From Eledone cirrhosa (taxonomy: Eukaryota): a DNA stretch of 64,000 nt. The translations under genes were made by a program, and so were the position numbers. The stretch lies in contig OZ024740.1 of the NCBI GenBank assembly GCA_964016885.1, positions 179,614,001-179,678,000 on the forward strand, given 5' to 3'. Below are positions 1 to 11,252 of this stretch, one piece after another; within the stretch, counting starts at the first letter, position 1, and each line of letters starts with the position of its first letter. Under the pieces are notes generated by a model, which was not told where the DNA came from, did not search any database, and saw only the letters and a list, made by a program, of their open reading frames with translations.

Positions 1-3000
1 TTATTGCTTTTGTAGTTAATATTCAATTTATTTACATATTTTAAAACTCATTTAACAAACACATTATCACGATTGCCTTCAGAATGAGATGACAACAATA
101 CAGTCAGTCGTTTGTTTTTTAATTTTGTTGTGACGTAAGAAGTTCGTTTCCATTGTTTGTAATAAAATAGTGCTGCAAAAGACACGTATTATTTCTGTTT
201 CCCCATTTCGTAATATATGGAAATGATGTAATTTTATCAATTTGTACAAGCTGTAGCTTTACATTAAGTGTTCTTTAACAGTGTCACTGAACTGCCATTT
301 ATGTAATTGAAACATTGTCAAACGTGGTATTGACATATTAAATTCTTTATGAAATATTTTGTTTTCTCAACTAGGAAACCTTTAGAATATCAGGAATGGA
401 GTGTGATTTTAACACATACATTGACATTTTAGAGAAGATAAAGCCGTTTCAACTAAGATTTAATATTTAAATTTAAATTAGATTTAAATTCGATAAGGCC
501 TTACTATTCATTAACAACACCTGCCACAACACCGAACTATGTACCCAATATACTTCATCTGATATATGACCGTCCTTTTCGTTAAATCCAAAATCGCGAT
601 TCCTTGAGATGAAGGCACGAGTAGGTAGGATTATCAGAGTGCCGGAGAGAATACCATGCGTTATTTATCACAGCTCTATACTTTCCAATTTTAAACCTTA
701 TCCAATTTAACATTGATTTAATTGTTCGAGTTTCGATAAAACGTGAAATATATTGCTGTTTGCCACATTGCGTTTTGTTGCCTAACTGTGCTACATTTAA
801 TCGCTCACCCGATTAACCATCACAGTTGACCCTTTTACGTATTTAGCAGATCCCATTCTGTCGCAAGCTTTCGGGTTACATCTCTCTCTTGATGAGATTT
901 TCCTTCGGCAAATTATCTAGTTGCAGTCGCCTCTTCAATATTTCATTCGTACAATACTTTCTAAACAGTAAAAAAGAAACAACTATCGTAGAAGAAAACT
1001 GTATCATACTATGTGAATAACATTAAATAAAACTATATACATCACAGCTATAATTTGATTATAGATTATATATATATATACCTCATTATGACATCCAAGG
1101 GGCTGAACGCTAATGGAAAAGGCAATCAATGACTAGCAATTCTCTACTAAAGGTTAATTATGTCAGCATCAATCCATAGTGAGAAAATTACCTAAATATG
1201 TTATTTTGATAGCCAGTAGTAGTATAAACGGGAGAATCTCCAAGGAATGCAGGTGAAATGCAAGACCTGCAAATGATTTTCAGTCTAATTAATTGGCAAC
1301 AAGTTAATGAGAATGCATTTACATTCAGTTATGTCACAATGATTGTTAAACATACACATTTTCTGTAGACATTTTTCTGTAAATGTTTGGCTCTCATTTC
1401 TACACAGTATGATACCTCATCTGAATGATGGAGTATATACATAACATTTCCTCATACTAATTTCGCTGGTCATGTTGGAGTGCAGTCAATTTCGGCTCAT
1501 CAGAATTCTGACACATGTATCATTCCACATACGGCAGGCGGGTAACAGATATCTTGTTAAACACAATAGTGTCCAACAGTCCGAGAATTATACAGCAACC
1601 TCCAATATGCCACGATTAAAAGAAATAATTTACTATGACTGTGCGTTAAATCAGAACGTTACAGCTAAAGGGAGTAATAGTTCCATGTTTGGACATTTTC
1701 ATCGATTGGGGTCTCAGAAAAGTTTTAAGGTATAACTTAGTATGCTAGAGGAATATCGAAACGTATTCTATCTGACGCTTTAACGACTACGCCAATTTAT
1801 TGCCTTCATTTTTTTGTACTTTCCACTGAAATATTTCAACCAATTACAAACATCACCTTTATGTACTAACTTTAACAAATATATCTTATATTAAATCCCA
1901 TGATATTTATGACTTTCTATTGTTTATCTTACACCATAACCACGAACAATAAAATATTGAGGAAATAATACTAAAATATGTCTATTGCACCAAATTCCTC
2001 AATGGTTCCAACTTTCTTAGTTTCACTTAATTTCTTTTCCTTTTAATTTCCTTTGTGTTCGCTATTTTATTTTAATATTTCGTTCTGTGTGTTTATATGT
2101 TTTGTGTTTTTATTGTGTGTAGGTTTATGTTTATATTTGTAAATGTTTGTGTTTTATTAAGTTGATTGTTTGTCTGCAATGAAATTCATCGAAGTCTTAG
2201 AAATTATGGAGACGAGTTGGTCAGACTCCCCAGGGAATATATCATAAATGTTTGATTGTTATATACAGAACACAATTAACTAAAACGTATGTGCTAACAA
2301 ACGGACATACACACTTACACACTACACATGCTTACATACAACCTATGCTTATACGCAATACATATACACACACATTTACATACGCATATAGCATTAAATG
2401 TGTCTGTATTTTTCATTATTGTTCAGCCTAATGAAAAATGTATATTTGTCATCGCACGTAAAAAGCCATTCTTGGGAAAAGATAAAATATTGAATTTTTA
2501 TTCTCATGAAATGACTTTGTCAGTGTATAGAAATATGGATCATTTGTCATGGGAAATTAAAGAATCCAAATCATTCCAGTAGTAAGTATATCATTATCTT
2601 CTCGCCTTTGTAGTAAGCGGTCACATTGCTCCCCCATAAAATTGAGCTTTTATAATCAATTGTGCTTGGATAATGAGCTCAACGTTTGGCAAGCCGGAAT
2701 TAGTTGAAATATTACACATAGCTCAGTGTACATGCAATATGAGTATCACAACCTTGAGCTCTATGCATATGTCACTTGTCATTTCAACTGCCCGTCCACA
2801 TCTAACAACTATTTTGTCTTTGATCTATTCCATCATATTCGTGCCTCTTCTGTGATGTTTCCTCGGGAACACCGATTTATTTTCAAATCGGTCGCAGTTT
2901 CTGCATCGAAACATCGTTTATATCTTTCTTAATTCCACCCCATCTACATGCAATCCCCTCCCTAATTGCATACGAATGCACCCATGCACATTCATATCAT

Positions 3001-4058
3001 TGGAATTCTCGTTCACTCACAGACACACAGATACATATTATTCTTCCTTCAATCAGATTGAATAAGTGTCATCGAATTATTCTGTTACTGTTTACTAAAG
3101 TCTATGCACAGGCACAATATTCCTCCACTTTATTTATATCCAGTTTACACAATTCAGAGACCATATAGTTATTTCTCCCACTTTCCCACTATATCATTTG
3201 TTTAAAAGGCATAGAGTGTTTCCTTTCATCTTCCCCCGTTTTACTGTATCTTCAGAACTACACCTGAACATTGATATTCTTTTTCCACATAGCAAATACA
3301 TCTATTATCGTTACATCTTTTTTTGTGGATTAGTGAATGCATCTCTGGCCTATGGAAATAACAAGGGAACCTCACTAAAACTACATTCTACAACTTCAAA
3401 GTGTAAAGGGCGCATTCGATAATGTAAATTGGAATTATATATGCATACTACGGACTGAGATGTGGTTAAGCAACAGTATAAGTAATTATGGGACAATTAT
3501 AAATATAATTTTCAGAAATATTATATGAAAAACAGTTACAAAATCTATGATAAGAGAACAAGCATTCTAATGAATAAATATCACATATATTTACGTATTA
3601 ATTTTAAAACGATTCAAAAATCTTCGACTATTGTTGAATTTTAAAACGGTTTCATATATTCGCATGATAAATTTTGAAGTTTGTTTTTCTTTATCTTTTG
3701 AAAGATGACATGAATAATATTTTCAAATAGTCATAGAAGATAGGTAAATATATGAATAGGTGTTGCTTGTCGATTGAATCGATTTATTTTAAATAGTTCT
3801 TCCAATCATGTATGGAATCTCCATACTGTGTCATCTCACCCATTTCCACTGGCACATCTATCCAAACCTAACACTATTTCTTTCCTTAGGTTGCTATTAT
3901 TAACCCCATCATAATACTTTCACTTGCATCGTTGCCGAGTCATTACTTATGTTATAGAGCAGAAGAAAGTAAGTGACTGAGCAGTTACTTTCTCCTAACT
4001 GTATAAAGCGAGTGTGCAATAGAATCACTTCATTCAATAAATAAATGCATGCTGTGTA

Positions 4059-4160
4059 AACACACACACGCACACACACACACACGCACATCACACACAC
4101 AAACACACACACACCCAGACACACATACACATACACATGCACATACACACACATATATGT
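4059..4160. repeat. Degenerate (CA)n microsatellite
   Basis: Direct reading. Confidence 0.9.
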
Positions 4161-4262
4161 GATATTTGATATTGAGTTGAGTGTATATGTAAGTGAAAAT
4201 GTGGATATCCAAATCTTTCGTAATCGTCCCAATGAACAATTGTCGTTATTTTATTGTAACTC

Positions 4263-4318
4263 TACCAGTAATGCACTGGGTAATTGCTGGCCTTGTGCCT
4301 AAAGTAGAAACAGTTATT
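4263..4318 (+). mobile_element. 3' fragment of the window's tRNA-derived SINE family
   Basis: TACCAGTAATGCACTGGGTAATTGCTGGCCTTGTGCCTAAAGTAGAAAC is identical to the 3' end of the copy at 5933-6123. Confidence 0.8.
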
Positions 4319-5631
4319 TTATCGTAACTATACATTGTGTACTCGTGTCGAAAAACTGTGAGCAATTTGGAACTACGTGGGAGATATAGTTTCTTCGGCT
4401 TCGTTGCCCACTCTACATTGGCGTGAAGAATGATGATTCGCTATCGATGTCTGTATTGCCTTTAATCTTAGAGACAGATTCTGTTCTACTAATGTCAATC
4501 CCAAGACTCATACTTCAAGAATCTTTTTTATAACCCTTAGAGAAATACTAAATAGAACTTCTTTTCTTCAATTATTGACTTTCCTTCAAATTTCCCAATT
4601 TTCAGTTTGGGCTCCACTGACAATTTTCATATTACCTCTTTTTGAAGAGTTTATTTATTTCTTCTAGCTAGAATACGAGGCTTCATTTAATTAGTTGGAC
4701 CAACTCTTTAACACTCTTTGACCCACATCGTCCTCCTGCTTGTGTCAAGTTTTATCCACCCACAAGTGATTGAATGTGCATGTAACTTTGTTTTGTAAGA
4801 AACTTCCTGGATTTATTTCTGACATCCTGTAATTTCAGTTTTTCTTCCAGCAAATTGTTTCTGCCTCCCACGTGATTAGAGATAGAGTGCTTCATTGTTT
4901 GTATGCTATTTCCAACATTCAAGTTTTATTTAAAACTATTACCTCTACAGAAATATTCCTTTTTGAGAATTTCTGCCCTTCTAATATTTACTCTTTCCAT
5001 TATTCCAAAACACCTGTATGCTGGAAATCAATTGGCACTTCATTATTTTAAAATGTGTAACATCTATCCAGTCATATACAGAAGATAAGCTATTTCAACA
5101 TTCATGTTCTTTGACAAATTTATATACTACAGAACTTTAGTAAGAAATCAATAACACACAATATAATGCTATATCACGGCTCTTTCAGCGGCAACAATTA
5201 TACACACCACTGACATTAATATCTGTCATATGCAAGCAATTCTGAATTCTTCAATTTGTATATTCCGTGCATGAAGATTTACAGATATGCAATGATTTCA
5301 AATGTTTCATATCCTCTTTTGTCCCCATGAAAAGCAATAGAATGGTAAACAATTTTGAACAATTCTGTCAGTTGTGCCTGCGATCATCACATTGAATATA
5401 TCTACTTTCCTTTTGAACTTATCCTGTATGTGCTACTTTACTGCTGAATCTAACACGCACACTTTAAGGCAGGCACTAACACACACACTTTAAAGCTATC
5501 ACTAACACACACTGGACTATTATATTTCATCAATAGAATAAGGGGACATTAAATATTCTCTTATAAGACGTAGTATCAGATGCCTTGTCACTAAGATACA
5601 TATCATTAGATGAACAAAACCAGGAGTAAAG

Positions 5632-5696
5632 CTACCACTATCACCACCGCCACAAACCAGCACCACCGCCACCACCAGCACCACCACCACCACCAT

Positions 5697-5757
<61 letters not shown>
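5632..5757. repeat. (CAC)n/(CTA)n compound trinucleotide microsatellite
   Basis: Direct reading. Confidence 0.9.
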
Positions 5758-5932
5758 TATAATAACAATAATTGTTTCTACTTTTGGCACAAAGCATGGC
5801 GTCAGACCCTGCTTTGCAGCAAAGAGTTACGGCCCTTTATTGATATTATTATATATTGTATATTATATATATATATATATTATTATTATATATTGGATAT
5901 TATATATTGTATTATTATTATTATTGTATAGA

Positions 5933-6123
5933 GGGCGGTGGATTGGCAGTATCGGTAGAGGGTCGGACGCCATGATTTCCAGCAGAGTTACGTCCCTTTA
6001 CGATCTGAGTTCAAATCCCGCCGAGGTTGACTTTGCCTTTCATCCTTACGGGGTCGATAAAATAAAGTACCAGTAATGCACTGGGTAATTGCTGGCCTTG
6101 TGCCTAAAGTAGAAACAATTATT
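5933..6123 (+). mobile_element. tRNA-derived SINE, ~190 bp, (ATT)n tail
   Basis: Pol III A-box-like TGGCAGTATCGG and B-box GAGTTCAAATCCC; conserved central CATCCTTACGGGGTCGATAAAATAAAGTACCAG; about 10 related copies in the window. Confidence 0.85.
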
Positions 6124-6170
6124 GTATACAGGAGTAGTTATAGTAGTAGTAGCAGCAGCAGCAGCAGAAG

Positions 6171-8860
6171 TATTATTATTTTTTGAGTCTCAGTCATTGA
6201 TGTTATTTAACTGGAAAGTTTGTTGAAATGAATATCAAGCCGCTACCTGCAGCCTCAGATATTCAGGACGTATCGGAGGGTTCTTGCTGTTCCCAGCAAG
6301 CATACTTTTTGAAGTGTTCCAAAAAGCTGGACTAATTTTCTTTAACCTTCCTTGGAAACTCTTCGAGATAGTACCTAGTGCGCCTATTACAATAGGGACG
6401 ACCTTGACATCATAGCAGTTCCAAATCCTTTTTACCTCCCACTTCAAGTCCTGGTATCGGCTCATTTTCTCCCTCTCCTTTTCTTGCACTCTCGTGTCAA
6501 ATGAGAAGCTACATCTACAATCAGGCACGATATGTTGTCCTTGTCCAAAACCACCATGTCAGGCCTATTGAGTTCTAATTACTTGTCCGCCTGTATCCTA
6601 AAATCCCATAGCACCTTCACCTGATCGTTTTCTATCACCGACTCTGGCTTATTCTCGTACCACTTCTCAGAATGTGGTAAATTGTTTACTTTGCACAGGT
6701 GCCAGTGAATCACCCTGCTCATCACATTATCTCTCCAGCCTTTATAGTAAGTCTGAGCTAGGTGTTTACACTCGGATACAATATGAGCCACATTCTCCTC
6801 TCTCTCTTCACAGATCCTACACAGTGGGCTAGCCTCCTCCTTATAAATATGGTGTTTCACCCACTTCGTTTTGAGGGCCTACTCTTGCGCAGCCATTAGC
6901 ACCCCTTCTGTAGCCTTTTTAAGGTCTCCTCTTTTTAATCAGTTTTCTCAAAGAAGGTACTATGAAGGGATTTTTCCTGAAGACTGCTCTTTCTCCTTCT
7001 TGTTATTTCCTCCTTGGAATCCCCTGGTCTATTGTCCTCTCCTTCAGTGCAATTATGAGCATTGGCTCCTTACTATCAGTCACGTATTTGTGTAGGTTTT
7101 TTTCTCCATCTGAACACAGTCCTCTATGCTGATAAGACCTCTTCCACCTTCAGATCTCCTTAAGTAGAATATATCGACATCACTCCTCTTGTGGAACATG
7201 TTGTAGATAGCCAATAGCTTCCTAGTCTTCCTATCCATTTCTTTTTGTCCAGCAACATTCCATCTCAGAATTCCGGCACTGTACCTAATAATAGACACAG
7301 CTCGGGAATTTACTGCACTTATGGAATTCCTACTGTTCAGATGTGACTTTAATACGATCCTTACTCTCCGAATGTATTCAGATCTTATCAATTCCTTCAT
7401 ATTTTGTTCTTGATGCCATCAGCCTCCAGAACACCCAAATACTTGTATCCTTCTTCAGTGTCAATTTCTTTTATCATCTCACCTGTTGCTTTTTCATCTC
7501 ATTCCGTTGCTTCTGCTCAATTTACCCCTCTTCATCACAAGGACTCCACACTTACTAATTCCAAATTGCATACGTATATCATTGCTGAAAATACGGACAG
7601 TGTCAACAAGCACATCCAACTCCTTCTCATTTTCCGGAAGATCTTAAGATCGTCCATGATGAGGAGGTGATTGATGGTAAGCTCTCCCTTTCCTAACCTG
7701 TATCCTGCTCTCACTTTTCGCAGTATAATGATCAGGGGCATCAGGCAAGGACAAACAACAGAGGGGACAGACTATCTCCCTGGAAGATACCTCTCTTGAT
7801 CTTCACGCTTCCCAAGGATTCTCCAGTTGATGTCAACTCTGTCTCCCAGGACCCTGCCCAGCAACTGTCTGATGTTATCTGCCACCTTGAAGATCTCCAG
7901 GCTTTTGGTGATCCAAGAATGAGGCACCATGTCAAATGCATTTTGTAGTTTATCCATCCCATGGCAAGACCAGTGTGTCTCCTCTTGCAATTCCTCATTA
8001 CCATCTTATCAATAAGTAACTGGTCGTTTGTACCACGGGACTTCTTTCGGCATCCTTTCTGTTCGTCTGGTAACAAGTTGTTAGTGTGGAGGTGATGGTA
8101 GATTTCTCAGACATAATGCTTGTCAGCAGTTTCCACATTACGGACAGACATGTGATAGGTCTATATTTGGTAACATCATTACCCTTGATTCGGTCTTTCT
8201 TTACCAGAACTGTGGTATCCCACTCTGGTACCTCACCTGACACCAAGCAGTCATTGAACATGGTTGTCAGTTTCGGGTGGAGGGATGTTATATTTTTAAT
8301 CCAATACCCCTGCACACCATCTGGGCCTTGTGATTCCCAGTTGGTTAGTTTTTTGGCCTGCCCCTTAAGAGTGTCGACTGTGACACTCAAATCAGTTTGT
8401 TGGTGTGCCTGTTCACTAATCTCCTTTTGAACTGTCTCAATCCACACTGCCTGGTCATTATGTTTAACATCCTGCTCCCATATTCCTCTCCAGAATGTCT
8501 TAGATTGTTCCGACTCAGGGACCAAGTCGTTGCCTCTTTCTTTCTCTTCAAGCTGTCCAAACAGCATCTTCTGGTTGTTGTCAAACATGCGGTTCTGTCT
8601 ATACTGACTGACTCTGCTCTCGTATCGTCTAATTTTTGCACTCTTTGCTACAATGCGTTGCTTCAGTTCCTCTATGATAATATTTAGCTTTTTCCTCCTA
8701 GTTTTGTACTTTATTTCCAGTCTATTTTTAGTCTCTATGTTTTTTAGTGTCCCATTCAGTAGAGTCTCAAGCTTTCCAATGTCAGTTCTCATTTCCCTGA
8801 TTTCACCACTCAGTCGTTTCTTCCACCAAGGCTCTGATCTTTCTTGTTTGTTGTTTTCTC
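6171..8860 (-). mobile_element. R4/Dong-type non-LTR retrotransposon (RT + CCHC + restriction-like endonuclease), 5'-truncated, degraded (copy A)
   Basis: Broken ORFs 7998-8792, 7741-8076, 7535-7741, 7080-7400, 6579-6860 and 6235-6528 give GIFQGDSLSPLLF, NHLLIMDDLK, CRIC...HIVSEC and KVLWDF; collinear with copy B; (TTA)n at both ends. Confidence 0.88.

Positions 8861-8907
<47 letters not shown>
8861..8907. repeat. (ATT)15 microsatellite upstream of the Tx1 array
   Basis: Direct reading. Confidence 0.95.
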
Positions 8908-9120
8908 GAATGCCATGGTTGACGGAGGCTCGGCTCTGTAAGGTATAGTAATTTTTAACCGTTAAAACAATTGTAAATTGTTTAAAACTTGAACCAAATT
9001 GTTGATAAAGACACCCTCCTCCTCGTGAGAGGGGTCTTTCTGTCGGTTATTTGGCCCTTCGGGGTTAAATAACCAGTTATTGGGGTTTTGTACCCAAAAT
9101 TTCATTTTAAACAAAAAAAC

Positions 9121-11217
9121 ATGGCTACGAAAAAGAAATTTCATACGTCACTCCCACTCATTCCGTCTTCTTCTTCCTCAATCATCACTACAGCAGAGAG
9201 AAGATTGTCTCTCTCCCTCCCTTCTTTAAATGTGTCTCTCTCCCTCCCTTCTCTTTCGCAAGCAACGAAAGAAAAGAAAAGTCTCGTGCAAAGCGTGCAA
9301 GGTTTCTCCACGACGACGACGACAGCGACGAAACAGGTGTGCGGGAAATACGAAAACCCAGTTCATTCGTCTGACGTCAGGAATAATAGCAGTAGCAGCC
9401 GTAATAACAACAGCAACAGTGACAATGAAAACAACAGTAGCAGCCGCAACAGCATCACCAGCAACATAAACAACAACAGCATTAGCAGCAGCAACACCAA
9501 CAACAACCACAGCAACAGCGGCGGAGGCAGTAGTCGTAGTACCTGCAGCAACAACAAAAGTACCAGCAGCTCTGACGACAACAACAACAGCAGAGAAAAA
9601 CCAATCTCATTTGCAGGTATTGCGAAAAACTTGGAAACAATCCTCATAACAAATGAGGAATTAGAGGAAGCGAAGAAGATGGTGACAAAGAACGGACACC
9701 GAGCAATCTGCAAGGCAGCGGAAAAGTTTTTCGAGACCCAAGAGCACTGTACGGTCACGTACCGTACAGTAAGTACAAAATCCCGTAGGGTGGAAAGAGC
9801 CACAGAGGCCCAAATACAAAAAGCCTTGGGGTCTGTGTGGCAGCGGAAAACGCACATCACCCGAGGCAAAAAATATGCCACCGTAGACGTACTTTTTGCC
9901 ACACCCCAGGAGGCAAAGGCCCAATCAGTAGTGACCCTAAGGAGCGAGGAAATGGTGTTGGTGCCCTCCTACTGCGGGCAAAAAATTGTGAGGGTCAAAC
10001 TGACCCACGTCCCCCCCGGAATGACCCCTTCTTGGCTGGCCGCGTCTGTCCTCGTCGGAATCGAGGACAAAACAACTGTACTGCAAGTACAGAAAAAAGT
10101 AAGAGAAGATTGGGTCGGCTCCTCCATTGAGATGCTAATCCAAACCAACCAGGAGTGCATCGAAGCTATCCCGGATGTGATAGACTTCGATAACGGCACT
10201 CAACTGCCCATAAGTGTTGAGGGCAAACGCCCGAAATGCTTTCGCTGTGGATCGAAGACTCACCTCAGGGCCTTCTGCAACGAGAAGACCCTGAGAAAGG
10301 AGAAAACCCCCCTCCTTCCGAATCCGGCTCCACTGCTACCAGCAACAGGACAAGCGGCAACCAGGAACGATAGGCCCGTGGCACCCATACCCACTCCACG
10401 GAAATCAAAAACAGCAGCAGCAGTGGAAATACTAACAACAACAACAGCAATACCAAATGCAGCTGCAACAGAGACTCCAGTGCAAACATCACCAACAACA
10501 ACAAGTGAAAGAGTGGAGTTGGTACCCCTCCCCGACCTCACAGAATCAGACATGGAGTGTGAGGTGGGAGAGAGATGGCAAAAGGTCGTAAGAAGGCACA
10601 AACGCAGAAGCAGCGCATCGTCGCCTTTGAAAAGTGAGGAAAGAAATGAGAAAAGGGTAAAGTCTACTGCAAAGAGACCCACAGCAGCAACAACACCAAC
10701 ACCATCACCACCCACACTAGCGCCACCATCACCACCGGCGACAACCCCACCGCCAACAACACCTTCAACACCACCACCACAAGCACCAACATCGCAAACA
10801 CAACAACAAAACACACACACCCAGCAACAACGACAAGAAAATAGCAGAACCACACCCCACCCCCAGAAAAACAAATGCACGGCAATAAATACACACAACA
10901 AGAAACTAATGACTTACATAATTGAACACACAGACATTTCACAACAGGACTACATAATACCAGCACCAATCAAAACGCCAACTAACATAAGACTGCTAAA
11001 AATAGCACAGAAACAATACACAAATATTAAAACGAAATTCCCCAACGCAGTTGGTGATTTCAGGGACCTAGGAGGAACCATCAATCGAAGAGTATACTCA
11101 GACATTCTCTTAGAAGAGCCGACGACCAGCCGAAGGGACGATTCAACGGTCCCTTCACCAGACGATCAAGTGAAAAGGGATGTAAAAACCATCCCTCCTC
11201 TACCAAAAGTACGGTAA
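9121..11217 (+). CDS. LINE ORF1 protein (RRM-like region, CCHC zinc knuckle, N/S- and P/T-rich low-complexity segments)
   Basis: First in-frame ATG is at 9121 (the 9088 start is TTG); CFRCGSKTHLRAFC = CX2CX4HX4C; VDVLF...VRVKLTHVPP is typical of L1/Tx1 ORF1. Confidence 0.88.
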   Translation: MATKKKFHTSLPLIPSSSSSIITTAERRLSLSLPSLNVSLSLPSLSQATKEKKSLVQSVQGFSTTTTTATKQVCGKYENPVHSSDVRNNSSSSRNNNSNSDNENNSSSRNSITSNINNNSISSSNTNNNHSNSGGGSSRSTCSNNKSTSSSDDNNNSREKPISFAGIAKNLETILITNEELEEAKKMVTKNGHRAICKAAEKFFETQEHCTVTYRTVSTKSRRVERATEAQIQKALGSVWQRKTHITRGKKYATVDVLFATPQEAKAQSVVTLRSEEMVLVPSYCGQKIVRVKLTHVPPGMTPSWLAASVLVGIEDKTTVLQVQKKVREDWVGSSIEMLIQTNQECIEAIPDVIDFDNGTQLPISVEGKRPKCFRCGSKTHLRAFCNEKTLRKEKTPLLPNPAPLLPATGQAATRNDRPVAPIPTPRKSKTAAAVEILTTTTAIPNAAATETPVQTSPTTTSERVELVPLPDLTESDMECEVGERWQKVVRRHKRRSSASSPLKSEERNEKRVKSTAKRPTAATTPTPSPPTLAPPSPPATTPPPTTPSTPPPQAPTSQTQQQNTHTQQQRQENSRTTPHPQKNKCTAINTHNKKLMTYIIEHTDISQQDYIIPAPIKTPTNIRLLKIAQKQYTNIKTKFPNAVGDFRDLGGTINRRVYSDILLEEPTTSRRDDSTVPSPDDQVKRDVKTIPPLPKVR

Positions 11218-11252
11218 GTGGTCTTTCCCATCTTTTCCACTCTATTTTAAAC

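Noticed and set aside
610-1810. Very old SINE-like remnants near 610-740 and 1740-1808
   Set aside because: Too degraded to delimit or support by eye
5933-6030. tRNA gene suggested by A and B boxes
   Set aside because: No cloverleaf; it is the head of a multi-copy SINE
8908-8960. Spliced-leader RNA-like layout (short leader, AAG|GT, U-rich Sm-like site) at the Tx1 5' end
   Set aside because: The Sm site is non-canonical and I recognise no match to a known spliced leader; likely chance in AT-rich DNA
9007-9045. CCTCCTCGTG in the Tx1 5'UTR resembles the L3 loop of HDV-like ribozymes
   Set aside because: P3 is mismatched and no P1/P2/P1.1 pseudoknot can be built; a simple hairpin explains it
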